A stretch of DNA of 63,633 nucleotides, counting the filler, from a bacterium (GTDB lineage: Bacteria; JALSQH01): NCBI GenBank assembly GCA_026985515.1. It is 10 parts of 10 records of this genome, joined end to end, with 100 filler letters (N's around TTAATTAATTAA, not from the genome) between each part and the next. Parts side by side here need not be neighbours in the genome. Positions count along the whole stretch, not along the records: positions 4,329 to 20,090 come from JALSQH010000074.1; 9 more parts are not named here. One strand, given 5' to 3'. Below the pieces are notes generated by a model. It was not told where the DNA came from, did no database searches, and saw only the letters and a list, made by a program, of their open reading frames with translations. A program made the translations under genes and the position numbers. Each line of letters starts with the position of its first letter. The first letter of the stretch is position 1. Positions 9,904 through 20,190 of this stretch are shown one piece after another.

Positions 9904-11966
9904 GGTTCCTCTCCTGCAGGTAAGATTATGGTAAAGGTTGTACCTTTGCCCGGTTCACTTCTAACTTTGATCCACCCTCCATGCTGTTTAACTATGTTCC
10001 TGGTGACTGTGAGTCCCAGGCCTGTTCCCTGTCCCGGTTTTTTCGTGGTGAAAAAAGGATCAAATATTCTGTTGAGATTTTCCTGACTTATTCCCATCCC
10101 GTTATCTGCTACTCTGATAACGATTTTTGAATTTGCCTTCTTAATTGCCACACTTATTTTACCATTTTCACCGGTTGCATCTATTGCATTCATGATCAAA
10201 TTGAGAAAAACCTGCTCCCACTGATGAGGATCAATCAGAACTTCTGGAAGATCAGGGTCATAATCCTTTGTTATCTCAATTTTTTTCTTTTTAAGCCTGA
10301 TCTGTAAAAGATCGATTATCCTGTCAGAAACCTTTGTAATATTTGTTTTCCTGAGGGCAGGTTCCTTTGGCTTTACAAAATCCATGAGCTGTCTGATAAT
10401 GGAGGTTATTCTTTCTATCTGTTCAATGATCGTTCTGAGAGATCTTTTTGCTGTGGGATTGTCTGAAAGGGATTCCATCAAAACTTCAGCTCTTCCCATT
10501 ATGACATTGAGAGGTGTACCTATCTCGTGAGCCAGCCCTGCTGCAAGGACTCCAATAGTTGCCATTTTTTCAGACTCAATTAGTTTCTGCTCATACAGGA
10601 CTTTCTCCGTTATATCATCAAAGGTGAATATGAGAATTGGTTCGCCGATGCTCTCGGTGGCGGAGCTCACCCGGTAATCAATTATGAGTTCTCTCTCCCC
10701 TTTCTCGCAGTTGATTCTGCCACTTTTCTCCTTCTCAATTTCAATTGTTTTCCCGCAGTGTTTTGCAATAAAATCCAGAAAATTTTCTCCTCTCGATATG
10801 GGAAATATTTTTCTGGCCGCCTTGTTTATCTCAATAACTTCACTATTTTCCCTCATTGTAATCACGCCGGCAGAAATATTTTCCAGTATCAGTTCAAGTC
10901 TTTTTGAAATTGCCTGCGTTTCACCGAGTGCTTTCTGTAAATCCCTTGTTCTCTCTGCTACCTTCTCCTCCAGAGTTCCGTAGAGTTTTTCCAGTTTGTC
11001 TGCCATTCTGTTAAATTCTATTGCAAATTTGCCTATTTCGTCCTCCCTTAAAACTGGCACTCTCTCTGAGAGGTTACCCTCTCCTATTATTCTTGCCTTC
11101 TCAGACATCTGCTTCAGAGGATAGGTAATTTCATTTGCAAAAAGGGAGGTTATGGCTATTGTGAAGAGTGTCACGAAAAAGATGAATATGAAAGCCGCAT
11201 TCCGCAGTTTAATTATGGCTGAAAAGGCGGATTTTTTATCCCTTGAAATTGTTAAAATAAGATTAAGGGGCTGGTAAATCTGGCATCTTGAGATATAATC
11301 TCCCGTCTCCACCCATGGCGATGAACGGCTTCTGCTGTAGTAACATGTACCGGGGATGGGGGACTTAAAGGGTTCCGAGGAAAATATTAAGTTGCCGTTA
11401 AAATCGTACAATTCCACCTGGAATCCAATCTTTGTTAAATCTTCAACTCCAAGGTGCTGTATCAGCGTGGAAATGGGAAATAACGCTATGATGAAATATT
11501 TTCTATCTCTGACTTCAAAGGGCTGATCAATTCTAATGTATTTTTTCCCTTTGTAGAGGATGATGGTTTTCTCCAGGGATAGATTTTTGAGTTCCTGAGA
11601 GAAGTATTGAACTGTCCCTGACGGGTCACAGATCAGAAGGATCGTACCATGAGGAATAGTTGAAGTTTTTGAAGAGAGGAGGGAATTTATAACTGATTTC
11701 AAATTAATGTATTTTTTGTATCTTGTCATGATTAGCGAGAGATCTCTGTATGCAAAATCTCTCAGAGCTTCTCTGTTGGTGTTTACAAATGTGTCTATTT
11801 TTATCAGTTCAAGTTTGAGCAAAGTGGCAATATGATTCTGGATCTCTCTGAAGATGTATTTTTTCCCGTAGTAGTATCCCAGTGAAGTTGCAAGGAAAAC
11901 CGGAATTATTGAGAAAGCAAGAGTCCAGGCGAATAGCCTTGTTCTCAAAGATGTTTTCCTTCTCAT
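9900..11966 (-). CDS. Sensor histidine kinase (periplasmic sensor, HAMP, PAS-like, HisKA, HATPase)
   Basis: Two TMs, HAMP EDEIGKFAIEFNRM, H-box LAHEIGTPL, N/G1/F/G2 boxes; start chosen at MRRKT (uncertain). Confidence 0.93.
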   Translation of the reverse strand: MRRKTSLRTRLFAWTLAFSIIPVFLATSLGYYYGKKYIFREIQNHIATLLKLELIKIDTFVNTNREALRDFAYRDLSLIMTRYKKYINLKSVINSLLSSKTSTIPHGTILLICDPSGTVQYFSQELKNLSLEKTIILYKGKKYIRIDQPFEVRDRKYFIIALFPISTLIQHLGVEDLTKIGFQVELYDFNGNLIFSSEPFKSPIPGTCYYSRSRSSPWVETGDYISRCQIYQPLNLILTISRDKKSAFSAIIKLRNAAFIFIFFVTLFTIAITSLFANEITYPLKQMSEKARIIGEGNLSERVPVLREDEIGKFAIEFNRMADKLEKLYGTLEEKVAERTRDLQKALGETQAISKRLELILENISAGVITMRENSEVIEINKAARKIFPISRGENFLDFIAKHCGKTIEIEKEKSGRINCEKGERELIIDYRVSSATESIGEPILIFTFDDITEKVLYEQKLIESEKMATIGVLAAGLAHEIGTPLNVIMGRAEVLMESLSDNPTAKRSLRTIIEQIERITSIIRQLMDFVKPKEPALRKTNITKVSDRIIDLLQIRLKKKKIEITKDYDPDLPEVLIDPHQWEQVFLNLIMNAIDATGENGKISVAIKKANSKIVIRVADNGMGISQENLNRIFDPFFTTKKPGQGTGLGLTVTRNIVKQHGGWIKVRSEPGKGTTFTIILPAGEEP

Positions 11967-12098
11967 AACTTTTATTTTAACCATACCGTATGGCATTGCA
12001 AAATATTTTAATTACAGAGCTTTTTCTCTTACATATTTTTTTTGAGAAGCAATTCCTCCTGTGTTAAAATAAGAAGAAATCGAGAAAAGGAGGAAGTT

Positions 12099-12890
12099 GT
12101 GAAGAGGAAGTTACTTTTTTTGCTGGTAGCTGTTATTTTGGGTGTTATGTTTGCCAGTGGTTGTCAGAAGAGACCTGATAAAGAGATTGCCGAGGCTGAA
12201 AAGGCCCTTGAAGCAGCCAAGGAGGCAGGGGCACCCCAGTATGCGCCTAAAGAGTTTAAGAGTGCCGAGGATATGATGGCAGAAACATACAAACTCGTTG
12301 ATGCCAAGAAATATAAAGACGCAAGGGAAGCTGCCATCACTACCAAGGAACTTGCTGATGTGGCAAGGATGAAGGCTCTTCAGAGGAAGCAGGAGCTGGA
12401 GAAGGAGCAGCGGAATAAACAGCAGATGAAGCAGAAGGAGAGTTATCCCGGAACTGCTACACTGGCTCCCGGTGCAGTTACCGGTGAGGCACTGAATGAA
12501 GAGATCCAGCAGAGTAAAGTGGGAACGGGAGCCCTGGGTGAAGGTGTAACCATTACAAAATTACCACCGATCCACTTCGATTTTGATAAATACAACATCA
12601 GAGAACAGGATAAGAAAATTCTTCAGCAGATTGCAGACTGGCTTAAAAAACACCCAACTGTAAGGATAAGAATTGAGGGACATACGGATGAGAGAGGAAC
12701 AGAGGAGTACAACATGGCTCTGGGAGAAAAGAGGGCGAAGGCTGCAAGGGACTATCTTATCATGCTGGGGATCGATCCTTCGAGAATTGAGATTGTGAGT
12801 TTCGGAGAAGAGGACCCTGTTGATCCAAGACACAACGAGGAAGCATGGGCAAAGAACAGAAGAGATGAATTTGTAATCATCAAAAAATGA
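12099..12890 (+). CDS. pal: Peptidoglycan-associated lipoprotein with N-terminal helical (DUF4398-like) extension
   Basis: GTG start after AGGAGG, lipobox ASGC, IHFDFDK...IEGHTDERGTEEYNMALGEKRA...NRRDE. Confidence 0.9.
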   Translation: MKRKLLFLLVAVILGVMFASGCQKRPDKEIAEAEKALEAAKEAGAPQYAPKEFKSAEDMMAETYKLVDAKKYKDAREAAITTKELADVARMKALQRKQELEKEQRNKQQMKQKESYPGTATLAPGAVTGEALNEEIQQSKVGTGALGEGVTITKLPPIHFDFDKYNIREQDKKILQQIADWLKKHPTVRIRIEGHTDERGTEEYNMALGEKRAKAARDYLIMLGIDPSRIEIVSFGEEDPVDPRHNEEAWAKNRRDEFVIIKK

Positions 12891-13723
12891 AGAGAAAAAT
12901 TTTTCCAGCGGTAATTGCAATTCTGTTGCTTAACGGCTGTCAGTACATTGTTACACAGCAGGATCTTGCTGTTTTGAGGGGGAGAATTAACATACTTGAG
13001 AGCAGAGTGAAGAATCTGGAGGATGAAACGGAGACTCTGAGGGGACTCACGAAGAGTGAAGTATCAGAGACTAAGAAATCCCTGATTGAGGAGGTTGAAT
13101 CCCTCAGAAAGAGTAATCTGGTTCTTCTCAGTAAAATAGATGAGATGAGACAGGAAATACAGTCTCTCAGAAACAGGGTTGAGGTCCTTGCACAGAAAGT
13201 CAACTCTTCAGGAGAAAAAGATGAAATTGAGGAGCTGAAGAAGGAGGTGGCTCAACTATCGCTTACCGTGGAGAAACTGGGTAAGACTGTGGAGAATCTG
13301 GGAGTAGGTGCTACAAAGGGTACCGAGATAATTGGGGCTACCTGGAAGGGTCCCAGGGATGCCTACTATGACGCAATGTCTGATTTTAAAAAGGGTAACT
13401 ACAAAATTGCCAAACTTAAATTTGAGAAGTTAATTCAGAAGTATCCCCATTCAAAATATGTTGTGAATGCACATTTCTGGATTGGTGAATGTTATTTTAA
13501 AAATGGTGATTATATAAACGCCCTTGACAAGTATTACCTCATCATAGAAAAGTATCCCAGGTCTGAAAAGGCTCCGGCTGCTTTTCTGAAGGCGGGGATA
13601 AGTATTTATAGACTTGGAGAAAAGAAGAAGGCAAAGTTATTTTTCAAAGAAGTAATAAAGCGATACCCGAGAACAGAATATGCAAAAAAAGCCAGAGTCT
13701 GGCTCAAAAAGATTGGCAAATGA
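12887..13723 (+). CDS. cpoB: Tol-Pal system protein CpoB/YbgF
   Basis: Lipoprotein signal, coiled coil and C-terminal TPRs (NAHFWIGECY, YPRSEKAPAA); directly follows pal. Confidence 0.88.
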   Translation: MKRKIFPAVIAILLLNGCQYIVTQQDLAVLRGRINILESRVKNLEDETETLRGLTKSEVSETKKSLIEEVESLRKSNLVLLSKIDEMRQEIQSLRNRVEVLAQKVNSSGEKDEIEELKKEVAQLSLTVEKLGKTVENLGVGATKGTEIIGATWKGPRDAYYDAMSDFKKGNYKIAKLKFEKLIQKYPHSKYVVNAHFWIGECYFKNGDYINALDKYYLIIEKYPRSEKAPAAFLKAGISIYRLGEKKKAKLFFKEVIKRYPRTEYAKKARVWLKKIGK

Positions 13724-14706
13724 TTGTTCTTGGAATAGAAACTTCCTGTGATGAAACTGCGGCATCTGTTGTTGAGGATGGGAAAATTCTTTCCAATATT
13801 GTTGCTTCACAGATAGAGATACATAAACCCTACGGTGGAGTGGTCCCGGAGCTTGCATCCAGACATCACATAAGAAACATAGTCCCTGTGGTGGATACCG
13901 CTCTTGAAAAGTCTGAAAGGGATATTTCTCAGGTAGATGGCATAGCAGTTACGAATGGTCCAGGTTTAATCGGGTCTCTCCTGGTTGGACTTTCCTTTGC
14001 CAAGGGGGTTGCTGCTTCCTATGGAAAGAAAATAGTGGGGATAAACCATCTTGAAGCGCATTTTACCATAGCATTTGCTCTTTATGAGATCCCTCTTCCA
14101 GCCATTGCTCTGGTAGTGTCAGGTGGACATACAAACCTCTATCTTGTAAGGGGAAAACTCAACTACAAAAAGCTTGGTGAGACCAGAGACGATGCGGCTG
14201 GTGAAGCCTTTGACAAAGTTGCCAAGCTTCTGGGGCTCGGTTACCCTGGAGGGGTTGTAATTGATAAACTTGCTAGGAAAGGTGATCCAGACAGATTTCA
14301 CTTTCCGCGAGGTATGATGAGAAGTGGTGATTACGACTTCAGTTTCAGTGGCTTGAAAACAGCCGTGGCTGTACATGTAAAGAAAAAAGGAATTAGAGGG
14401 AAAATTGAGGATCTGGTTGCATCTTTTCAGGAGGCAGTGGTGGATGTCCTTGTTTTTAAAACAATATCTGCAGCGGAGGATTATGGTGCCAGAAGTATTA
14501 TAGTGGCAGGTGGAGTGGCTGCCAATTCCAGATTGAGAGAAAAGATGAAAAGCGAGGCTGAGAGAAAAAAATTATCCATCTTTTTCCCTCCCATGGAGTA
14601 CTGCACCGATAATGGTGCAATGGTGGCATACACCGGTTATCTTTACTTTACTGCAGGAAGAGAAGATCCCCTTACCCTTGATGCTTACGACACAGATCCA
14701 GATTGA
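13720..14706 (+). CDS. tsaD: tRNA N6-adenosine threonylcarbamoyltransferase
   Basis: LGIETSCDETA, GGVVPELASRHH, NHLEAH, VSGGHT, DDAAGEAFDK, TDNGAM. Confidence 0.98.
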   Translation: MIVLGIETSCDETAASVVEDGKILSNIVASQIEIHKPYGGVVPELASRHHIRNIVPVVDTALEKSERDISQVDGIAVTNGPGLIGSLLVGLSFAKGVAASYGKKIVGINHLEAHFTIAFALYEIPLPAIALVVSGGHTNLYLVRGKLNYKKLGETRDDAAGEAFDKVAKLLGLGYPGGVVIDKLARKGDPDRFHFPRGMMRSGDYDFSFSGLKTAVAVHVKKKGIRGKIEDLVASFQEAVVDVLVFKTISAAEDYGARSIIVAGGVAANSRLREKMKSEAERKKLSIFFPPMEYCTDNGAMVAYTGYLYFTAGREDPLTLDAYDTDPD

Positions 14707-15485
14707 TGTACAGTAGAAGAAAGGCACTGGGACAGCATTTTCTCATAAGTGATGGAATCGCTGATAAAATAGTATCCTCCCTTGGTATTCCTCCAGGTGC
14801 CAGAATCCTTGAGGTTGGTCCGGGTAGAGGCTTTCTCACTGAAAGGCTGATAAAAGCTGGTTATGAGGTGGTGGGAATTGAAAAGGATGAAGTTCTTTTT
14901 CAAAAACTGAAAGAATTACACCATAGAAAATTAACAGTTTTAAATGAGGATATTCTCAACATCAATTTAAAAACCTTCGTGGAGGAACACTCTATTTCAG
15001 CCATTGTTTCCAATCTTCCATATGTGATCTCAACCAGATTTGTGGAGAAACTGGTAAGGGAAATGCCATCCGTTGAGGAAATTGTCCTGATGTTTCAGAA
15101 GGAAGTTGCAGATAAATTAATAGCCCCGGCAGGAAGCAGAAATACTGGACCCCTTTCAATAGCACTTCAGGAATTTTTCAGTGTGAGGAAGCTTTTTAAT
15201 GTGAAGCCTGGAGCTTTTAATCCTCCCCCTTCTGTTCAATCTTCTGTTTTGAAAATGACTCCTCTTTCCGGTTCTTCACTGGAAAGGGAACTTTCCGGTG
15301 AGTATCTTGATTTTCTTTTTCTTCTATTTGAAAACAGAAGAAAAAAAATAAAACATAAATTGAATCTGCAGTGTGAAATAGAGAATTCCGTTTTCGATAA
15401 AAGAGCGGAAGAAATTGATGCCAGGATGTTGAGAGAGTTGTTCAGATGCTACAGAAGTTCACTCCAGAGTAATTCTGTTGAGTAA
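14703..15485 (+). CDS. rsmA: 16S rRNA adenine dimethyltransferase
   Basis: LGQHFL, LEVGPGRG, VSNLPY, MFQKEVA, FNPPPSVQS. Confidence 0.95.
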   Translation: MMYSRRKALGQHFLISDGIADKIVSSLGIPPGARILEVGPGRGFLTERLIKAGYEVVGIEKDEVLFQKLKELHHRKLTVLNEDILNINLKTFVEEHSISAIVSNLPYVISTRFVEKLVREMPSVEEIVLMFQKEVADKLIAPAGSRNTGPLSIALQEFFSVRKLFNVKPGAFNPPPSVQSSVLKMTPLSGSSLERELSGEYLDFLFLLFENRRKKIKHKLNLQCEIENSVFDKRAEEIDARMLRELFRCYRSSLQSNSVE

Positions 15486-16055
15486 AGCTCTGGAGAGGGT
15501 TCTCTCATCTGTAAATTCAAGATCTGCACCGAATGGTATCCCTGAGGCAAGTCGTGATATTTTTACGGGTGTGTTTTCAAAGAGTTTTTTTATATAAAGT
15601 GCCGTTGTTTCTCCCTCAACTGTTGGACTTGTGGAAATTATCAGTTCCTTTACTCCTTCCTTTACGACCCTCTCTTTAAGTTCTTTTATTCTGAGCTTAT
15701 CTGGAGTAATCCCCGCTGAAGGAGAAATAAGACCACCGAGTACATGGTATTTTCCTTTAAAGACCCCTGTTTTCTCAAAAACAAATATATCCTGAGGCTT
15801 TTCGACCACCATGAGAATACTCCTGTCCCTGTATGGATCACTGCAGATTTCACATGGATCTTCTACTGTGAGTCCACCGCAAATGGAACAGAATTTAAGA
15901 TTTCTTTTTATATCCACCAATTTTCTCGCAAATTCTTCCACTTCTTCCTGAGGCCTTGACAGAATATGAAGGGTAATTTTAAATGCACTTTTCTCCCCGA
16001 TTCCGGGTAGTTTTTTGAGTTCTTCTGTAATTTCTTCAAGCCACTTATTCTTCAT
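15459..16055 (-). CDS. recR: Recombination mediator RecR
   Basis: LPGIGEKSA HhH, C4 zinc finger, Toprim YHVLGG, SPTVEGETTA. Confidence 0.97.
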   Translation of the reverse strand: MKNKWLEEITEELKKLPGIGEKSAFKITLHILSRPQEEVEEFARKLVDIKRNLKFCSICGGLTVEDPCEICSDPYRDRSILMVVEKPQDIFVFEKTGVFKGKYHVLGGLISPSAGITPDKLRIKELKERVVKEGVKELIISTSPTVEGETTALYIKKLFENTPVKISRLASGIPFGADLEFTDERTLSRALLNRITLE

Positions 16056-16392
16056 TGCCACCGAGCATATCTTTAATCATGTTTATGAGTGGAAGATTTT
16101 CTTCCATTATTTCAGTGAGAGATTGCTGAAAGAGTTTTTTCAGTTCTTCCATGGCAAGATTAATTGCCGCAGATAACATGTCCTCCATCATACTTTTATC
16201 ATTCATCTTTATGAGTTCTTCGTCAATTTCAAGTCTTACCACTTTACCAAGACCATTCATTGTGAGTTTAACCATTCCACCTCCAACACTGGACTCGACA
16301 GTTTTTGAGGATAGTTTTCTGGTGAATGTATCCAGAAGTTGATTGAAATTTCCAAATAATTCCATCATTTTTCCTATGTCAAAGTTCTCCAT
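16045..16392 (-). CDS. ybaB: YbaB/EbfC nucleoid-associated protein
   Basis: SVGGGMVKLTMNG, MEDMLSAAIN; dnaX-ybaB-recR synteny. Confidence 0.93.
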   Translation of the reverse strand: MENFDIGKMMELFGNFNQLLDTFTRKLSSKTVESSVGGGMVKLTMNGLGKVVRLEIDEELIKMNDKSMMEDMLSAAINLAMEELKKLFQQSLTEIMEENLPLINMIKDMLGGNEE

Positions 16393-16394
16393 AT

Positions 16395-17963
16395 TTATCT
16401 CCTCCTCGGGATTATTTTTACTATTCTTCCCTCAAATTCCTCCACTATTTTTTTTAGCAATTCTGAATTTTCAATATCTTTAAGGGTCGGAACAGGTTTT
16501 TCCCTTTCCTCAAGCTCCTTCTGTGGCAGTTTGTTTTCGTAAATGATTTCCGGGTCTCCCAGGTATTTTTTTGCAAGTTCCCTGATTGTTTCCTTTAAAT
16601 CGGGGTGGGTTTTTAATACCTCTTCCTGTCTTCTGGACATAATGGGGATTGTAAGTGTGTTGTTTCCCGGATCGTATTTCATTAAACCAAGCAGAGCTAT
16701 TGATTCTTTTCTCTGTTGCATTAATTTTCTTTTAAATGTATCAAAGGAGGATGGTTCCTTTCTGCTGTTGCGTGGTTCTCCCGGTAAAGATGTGTGACTC
16801 ACCCTTTCATTTTTTTTTAATTCAGATTCTATCCTCTGGTGAGTTGAAGGGGATGGGGAATTTTCGGAGAGAGATGAGATCAGTTTTTCAATTGCAATTA
16901 ACTTTGGCCTCGTGGCGAGTGATAGAAGAGCGACTTCAAGTTTTACTTCTGGAAAAGGAGAACTGAGAACATCTATGGATAATAGATTAATTGAGTTGAA
17001 GAGGTGGAAGAGTTCCTCTTTGTCAACACCTTCAATAATTTCTGCATCTTCCCTGCTACCCTGAGTGAGTCCAAGTTTGATTTTAATAAGTTCATCAAGG
17101 TATAGAAGAATCTCTTTCAGAAAATTTTTAATATCGCTTCTTCCAAGTACATCTTCAGAGAGGATCCTGTCCATTTCCCTGAAGTCTCTTTTTATCAGTG
17201 CTTTTACAAGATTTCGTGTTACTCTTCTCCCTGCTATTCCCAGTATCTTTTCAATGTTTTCAGGATCAAGTTCGGGATCAAGGACCAGTACCTGATCAAG
17301 AAGACTCAGGGCATCCCTCAGGGATCCATCTGCGGCTTTTGCAATTATTCTAAGGGATTCCTCATCCCGGTATGTGACGCCTTCCTCAGTGAGAATGTGC
17401 TTTAATCTCTGAAGGATAAGATCCTCAGGAATTTTTCTGAAATCAAACCTCTGGCACCTTGAAATGATTGTTGCAGGAACTTTGTGGGGTTCCGTGGTAG
17501 CAAAAATGAAGATCACATGGGAAGGAGGTTCTTCCAGTGTTTTCAGAAGGGCATTAAATGCACTTATTGAGAGCATGTGAACTTCGTCAATTATGTAAAC
17601 ACGGTATCTCCCCTTTACAGGCCTGTAGTTGACTTTCTCTATGAGATCCCTTACATCGTCAACACTGTTGTTTGAGGCACCATCAATTTCAATTACATCT
17701 GGAAATCGGTTTTCCATTATCTCTATGCAATTTGAACATCTGTTGCAGGGATGCGGTGTGGGACCATGCTCACAGTTCAGAGCCTTGGCGAGTATTCTTG
17801 CTGTGGTTGTTTTCCCCACCCCCCTTGGTCCGGTGAATAGATAGGCGTGTCCTATTCTTCCAGTTTTAACGGCATTCTGGAGTGTTTGGGTGATATGCTC
17901 CTGACCTGTGACTTCTTCAAAGGTTCGGGGACGCCATTTGCGGGCAAGAACCTGATAGGACAT
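16395..17963 (-). CDS. dnaX: DNA polymerase III subunit gamma/tau
   Basis: LARKWRP, GPRGVGKTT, Zn module, IIDEVHML, SRCQ. Confidence 0.98.
   Translation of the reverse strand: MSYQVLARKWRPRTFEEVTGQEHITQTLQNAVKTGRIGHAYLFTGPRGVGKTTTARILAKALNCEHGPTPHPCNRCSNCIEIMENRFPDVIEIDGASNNSVDDVRDLIEKVNYRPVKGRYRVYIIDEVHMLSISAFNALLKTLEEPPSHVIFIFATTEPHKVPATIISRCQRFDFRKIPEDLILQRLKHILTEEGVTYRDEESLRIIAKAADGSLRDALSLLDQVLVLDPELDPENIEKILGIAGRRVTRNLVKALIKRDFREMDRILSEDVLGRSDIKNFLKEILLYLDELIKIKLGLTQGSREDAEIIEGVDKEELFHLFNSINLLSIDVLSSPFPEVKLEVALLSLATRPKLIAIEKLISSLSENSPSPSTHQRIESELKKNERVSHTSLPGEPRNSRKEPSSFDTFKRKLMQQRKESIALLGLMKYDPGNNTLTIPIMSRRQEEVLKTHPDLKETIRELAKKYLGDPEIIYENKLPQKELEEREKPVPTLKDIENSELLKKIVEEFEGRIVKIIPRRR
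16810..16818 (-). promoter_or_regulatory. A9 slippage/frameshift site in dnaX
   Basis: Coding strand TTA AAA AAA AAT GAA AGG GTG; both shifted frames stop within 3 codons. Confidence 0.7.
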
Positions 17964-17988
17964 TTAGGAAAACCTGATAAAAATTTGC

Positions 17989-18089
17989 GATAGCCGAGCT
18001 ACCCATGCACACGGCTGGAACTGCTACCGCTGCTCCCTTCCAGGCCTGACGGGGTTCACAGCCCAACCGTCGCATGGGGCCCGACTATC
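17989..18089 (-). ncRNA. ffs: Signal recognition particle RNA (small bacterial 4.5S type)
   Basis: Domain IV motif GTCAGGCCTGGAAGGGAGCAGC, complementary ends (GATAGTCGGGC / GCTCGGCTATC), located just upstream of dnaX. Confidence 0.93.
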
Positions 18090-18095
18090 AATTTC

Positions 18096-18124
18096 ATTTT
18101 AACATTGTGGGTCCGGGAATGCAA
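18096..18124 (-). promoter_or_regulatory. Sigma70 promoter for ffs(-dnaX)
   Basis: TTGCAT-17 nt-TAAAAT with extended -10 TG, ending 6 nt before the SRP RNA. Confidence 0.7.
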
Positions 18125-18132
18125 GGAGAGGT

Positions 18133-18798
18133 TCACTGGTCATCGTTCTGACCTAAATTGTGCTTTATTATTTTGCCTTCCGCCATATATACTGTATTTT
18201 CACATATGTTGGTGGACAGGTCACCTATCCTCTCCAGACTCCTCGAGATCCTGATGAGATGGATTGCTCTCTCAATTGTTGATGGATTACCTGTCATGTA
18301 AGTTATCAGTTCCCTTAAGATTTGATCTCTCAAACTATCGACAATATAATCTCTTTTACACACATTTCTTGCTTTCTGGGTGTCTCGATTTATGAAGGAT
18401 GTAATGGCATCATGTAACATCATGGTTGTTTCTTCTGCCATCCTGGGGATATCAATGAGTGGTTTAACTGGAGGTTGTTTTATAAGGTATAGTGAACTCT
18501 GAGCTATATTTACGGCGAGATCACCTATCCTTTCAAGGTCGCTGTTAATTTTCAGTATTGTTAAAATTGTCCTCAGATCTCCTGCTTCTGGTTGATAAAG
18601 GGCTATCAGAGCAGTACCCATCTCATCAATTTCCACCTCTGAACTGTTGATTTCATTTTCCATTCGGTTTATTACCTCATTGAGCATGTCCTCATCTTTT
18701 TTTATCAGTCCATCTACACTGTCTCTTGTCATTTTTTCTGCCAGTAGTGCTTCACTTACAAGTTTTTGCTTGAGTTCTTCCAATTTTTTATTTAACAT
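18133..18798 (-). CDS. phoU: Phosphate signalling protein PhoU
   Basis: Two repeats of LERIGDL..NI, QPEAGDLR; follows pstB. Confidence 0.97.
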   Translation of the reverse strand: MLNKKLEELKQKLVSEALLAEKMTRDSVDGLIKKDEDMLNEVINRMENEINSSEVEIDEMGTALIALYQPEAGDLRTILTILKINSDLERIGDLAVNIAQSSLYLIKQPPVKPLIDIPRMAEETTMMLHDAITSFINRDTQKARNVCKRDYIVDSLRDQILRELITYMTGNPSTIERAIHLIRISRSLERIGDLSTNICENTVYMAEGKIIKHNLGQNDDQ

Positions 18799-18807
18799 TT
18801 TTCCCCC

Positions 18808-19566
18808 TTATCCGAATTTCCCCGTCAAATATTCTTCAGTTTTCTTATTGCGAGGAACTGTGAATAGTTTTTCAGTTGGTCCAAATTCAATAAGTTCTCC
18901 AAGATACATGAAAGCTGTGTAATCTGATACTCTGGCTGCCTGAGATCGGTTGTGGGTGACAATTATTATGGTTACACTTTTTTTCAGTTCTGTAATGAGT
19001 TCCTCAATTTTTGCGGTTGATTTGGGGTCAAGGGCAGATGTTGGTTCATCAAGAAGTAATATTTCGGGATTCATTGCCAGTGCCCTCGCAATTGAAAGTC
19101 TCTGTTGCTGGCCACCAGAAAGAAATGTACCTTTTTTGTGAAGTTCATCTTTTACTTCATCCCATAAAAACACCTTTTTTAGATTTTCTTCAACTATCCG
19201 TTCCTTTTCTGATTTGCTGAGTTTTATACCATTCAGTATATATCCGGCTATTACATTCTCAAAGATGCTCATTGTGGGAAAGGGTGTCGGCTTTTGAAAA
19301 ACCATTCCTATTCTTCTTCTTAACTTTACTGGATGAATATTGAAGATGTTTTCTCCATGAAATAGAATCTCTCCATGAACGTCTGCTTCAGGGTTCAGTT
19401 CGTGCATCCTGTTAATGCATCGTAACAAGGTGGATTTGCCGCAACCCGAAGGTCCCATTATAGCCGTCACTCTGTTAGCCGGAATTTCCATATTTATGTT
19501 TTTTAGCACAATTTTTTTACCATAGCTTGCTGACAGGTTTTTAATTTTAATTACAGGCTCATTCAT
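18808..19566 (-). CDS. pstB: Phosphate ABC transporter ATPase
   Basis: [36 protein letters not shown]; start at MNEPV overlaps the pstA stop. Confidence 0.97.
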   Translation of the reverse strand: MNEPVIKIKNLSASYGKKIVLKNINMEIPANRVTAIMGPSGCGKSTLLRCINRMHELNPEADVHGEILFHGENIFNIHPVKLRRRIGMVFQKPTPFPTMSIFENVIAGYILNGIKLSKSEKERIVEENLKKVFLWDEVKDELHKKGTFLSGGQQQRLSIARALAMNPEILLLDEPTSALDPKSTAKIEELITELKKSVTIIIVTHNRSQAARVSDYTAFMYLGELIEFGPTEKLFTVPRNKKTEEYLTGKFG

Positions 19567-20090
19567 TTTCGCCTGACTCCTTTTGCAATGATATTCAGAA
19601 GGAGCACAAAAGTGATGAGTATTAACGAGGCTGTCCAGCTTATTCTGTGCCATTCTTCATAGGGACTCATTGCATAATTGAAAATAACGAGAGGGAGTGC
19701 ATCTACAGGTTTGAGAGGATTTAAATTAACAAACGGATTGCCAAAGGCAGTAAATAAAAGAGGAGCAGTTTCTCCTGCTACTCTTGCTATTGCAATAAGA
19801 CTTCCTGAAATTATACTTTTTGATGCAACTGGAATAACTATTTTAATCACTGTTCTGGAGTATGACGCTCCCAGTGCATGAGCTGCTTCTCTTAACTCAG
19901 GAGGTATCATTTTTATAGATTCTTCAGTGGCTTTTGTAACCAGTGGCAACATCAGTAGTCCAAGTGCAAAACTTCCGGAAATTGCAGAAAAATGTCCAGC
20001 GGGTTTTACCACTAAAAGATAAGCAATTATACCCACCACGATTGAAGGTATTCCCTGAAAAATATTTACGGTTACACTGAGGATTTTGCT
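19563..20090 (-). CDS. pstA: Phosphate ABC transporter permease PstA; 5' truncated
   Basis: [25 protein letters not shown]. Confidence 0.93.
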   Translation of the reverse strand, partial: SKILSVTVNIFQGIPSIVVGIIAYLLVVKPAGHFSAISGSFALGLLMLPLVTKATEESIKMIPPELREAAHALGASYSRTVIKIVIPVASKSIISGSLIAIARVAGETAPLLFTAFGNPFVNLNPLKPVDALPLVIFNYAMSPYEEWHRISWTASLILITFVLLLNIIAKGVRRK

Positions 20091-20190
20091 NNNNNNNNNN
20101 NNNNNNNNNNNNNNNNNNNNNNNNNNNNNNNNNNTTAATTAATTAANNNNNNNNNNNNNNNNNNNNNNNNNNNNNNNNNNNNNNNNNNNN
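20091..20190. other. Artificial contig spacer
   Basis: Same 100-nt spacer. Confidence 0.99.

Noticed and set aside
15459..15485. 27-nt convergent overlap of rsmA and recR as antisense regulation
   Set aside because: Short tail-to-tail overlaps are common in compact genomes
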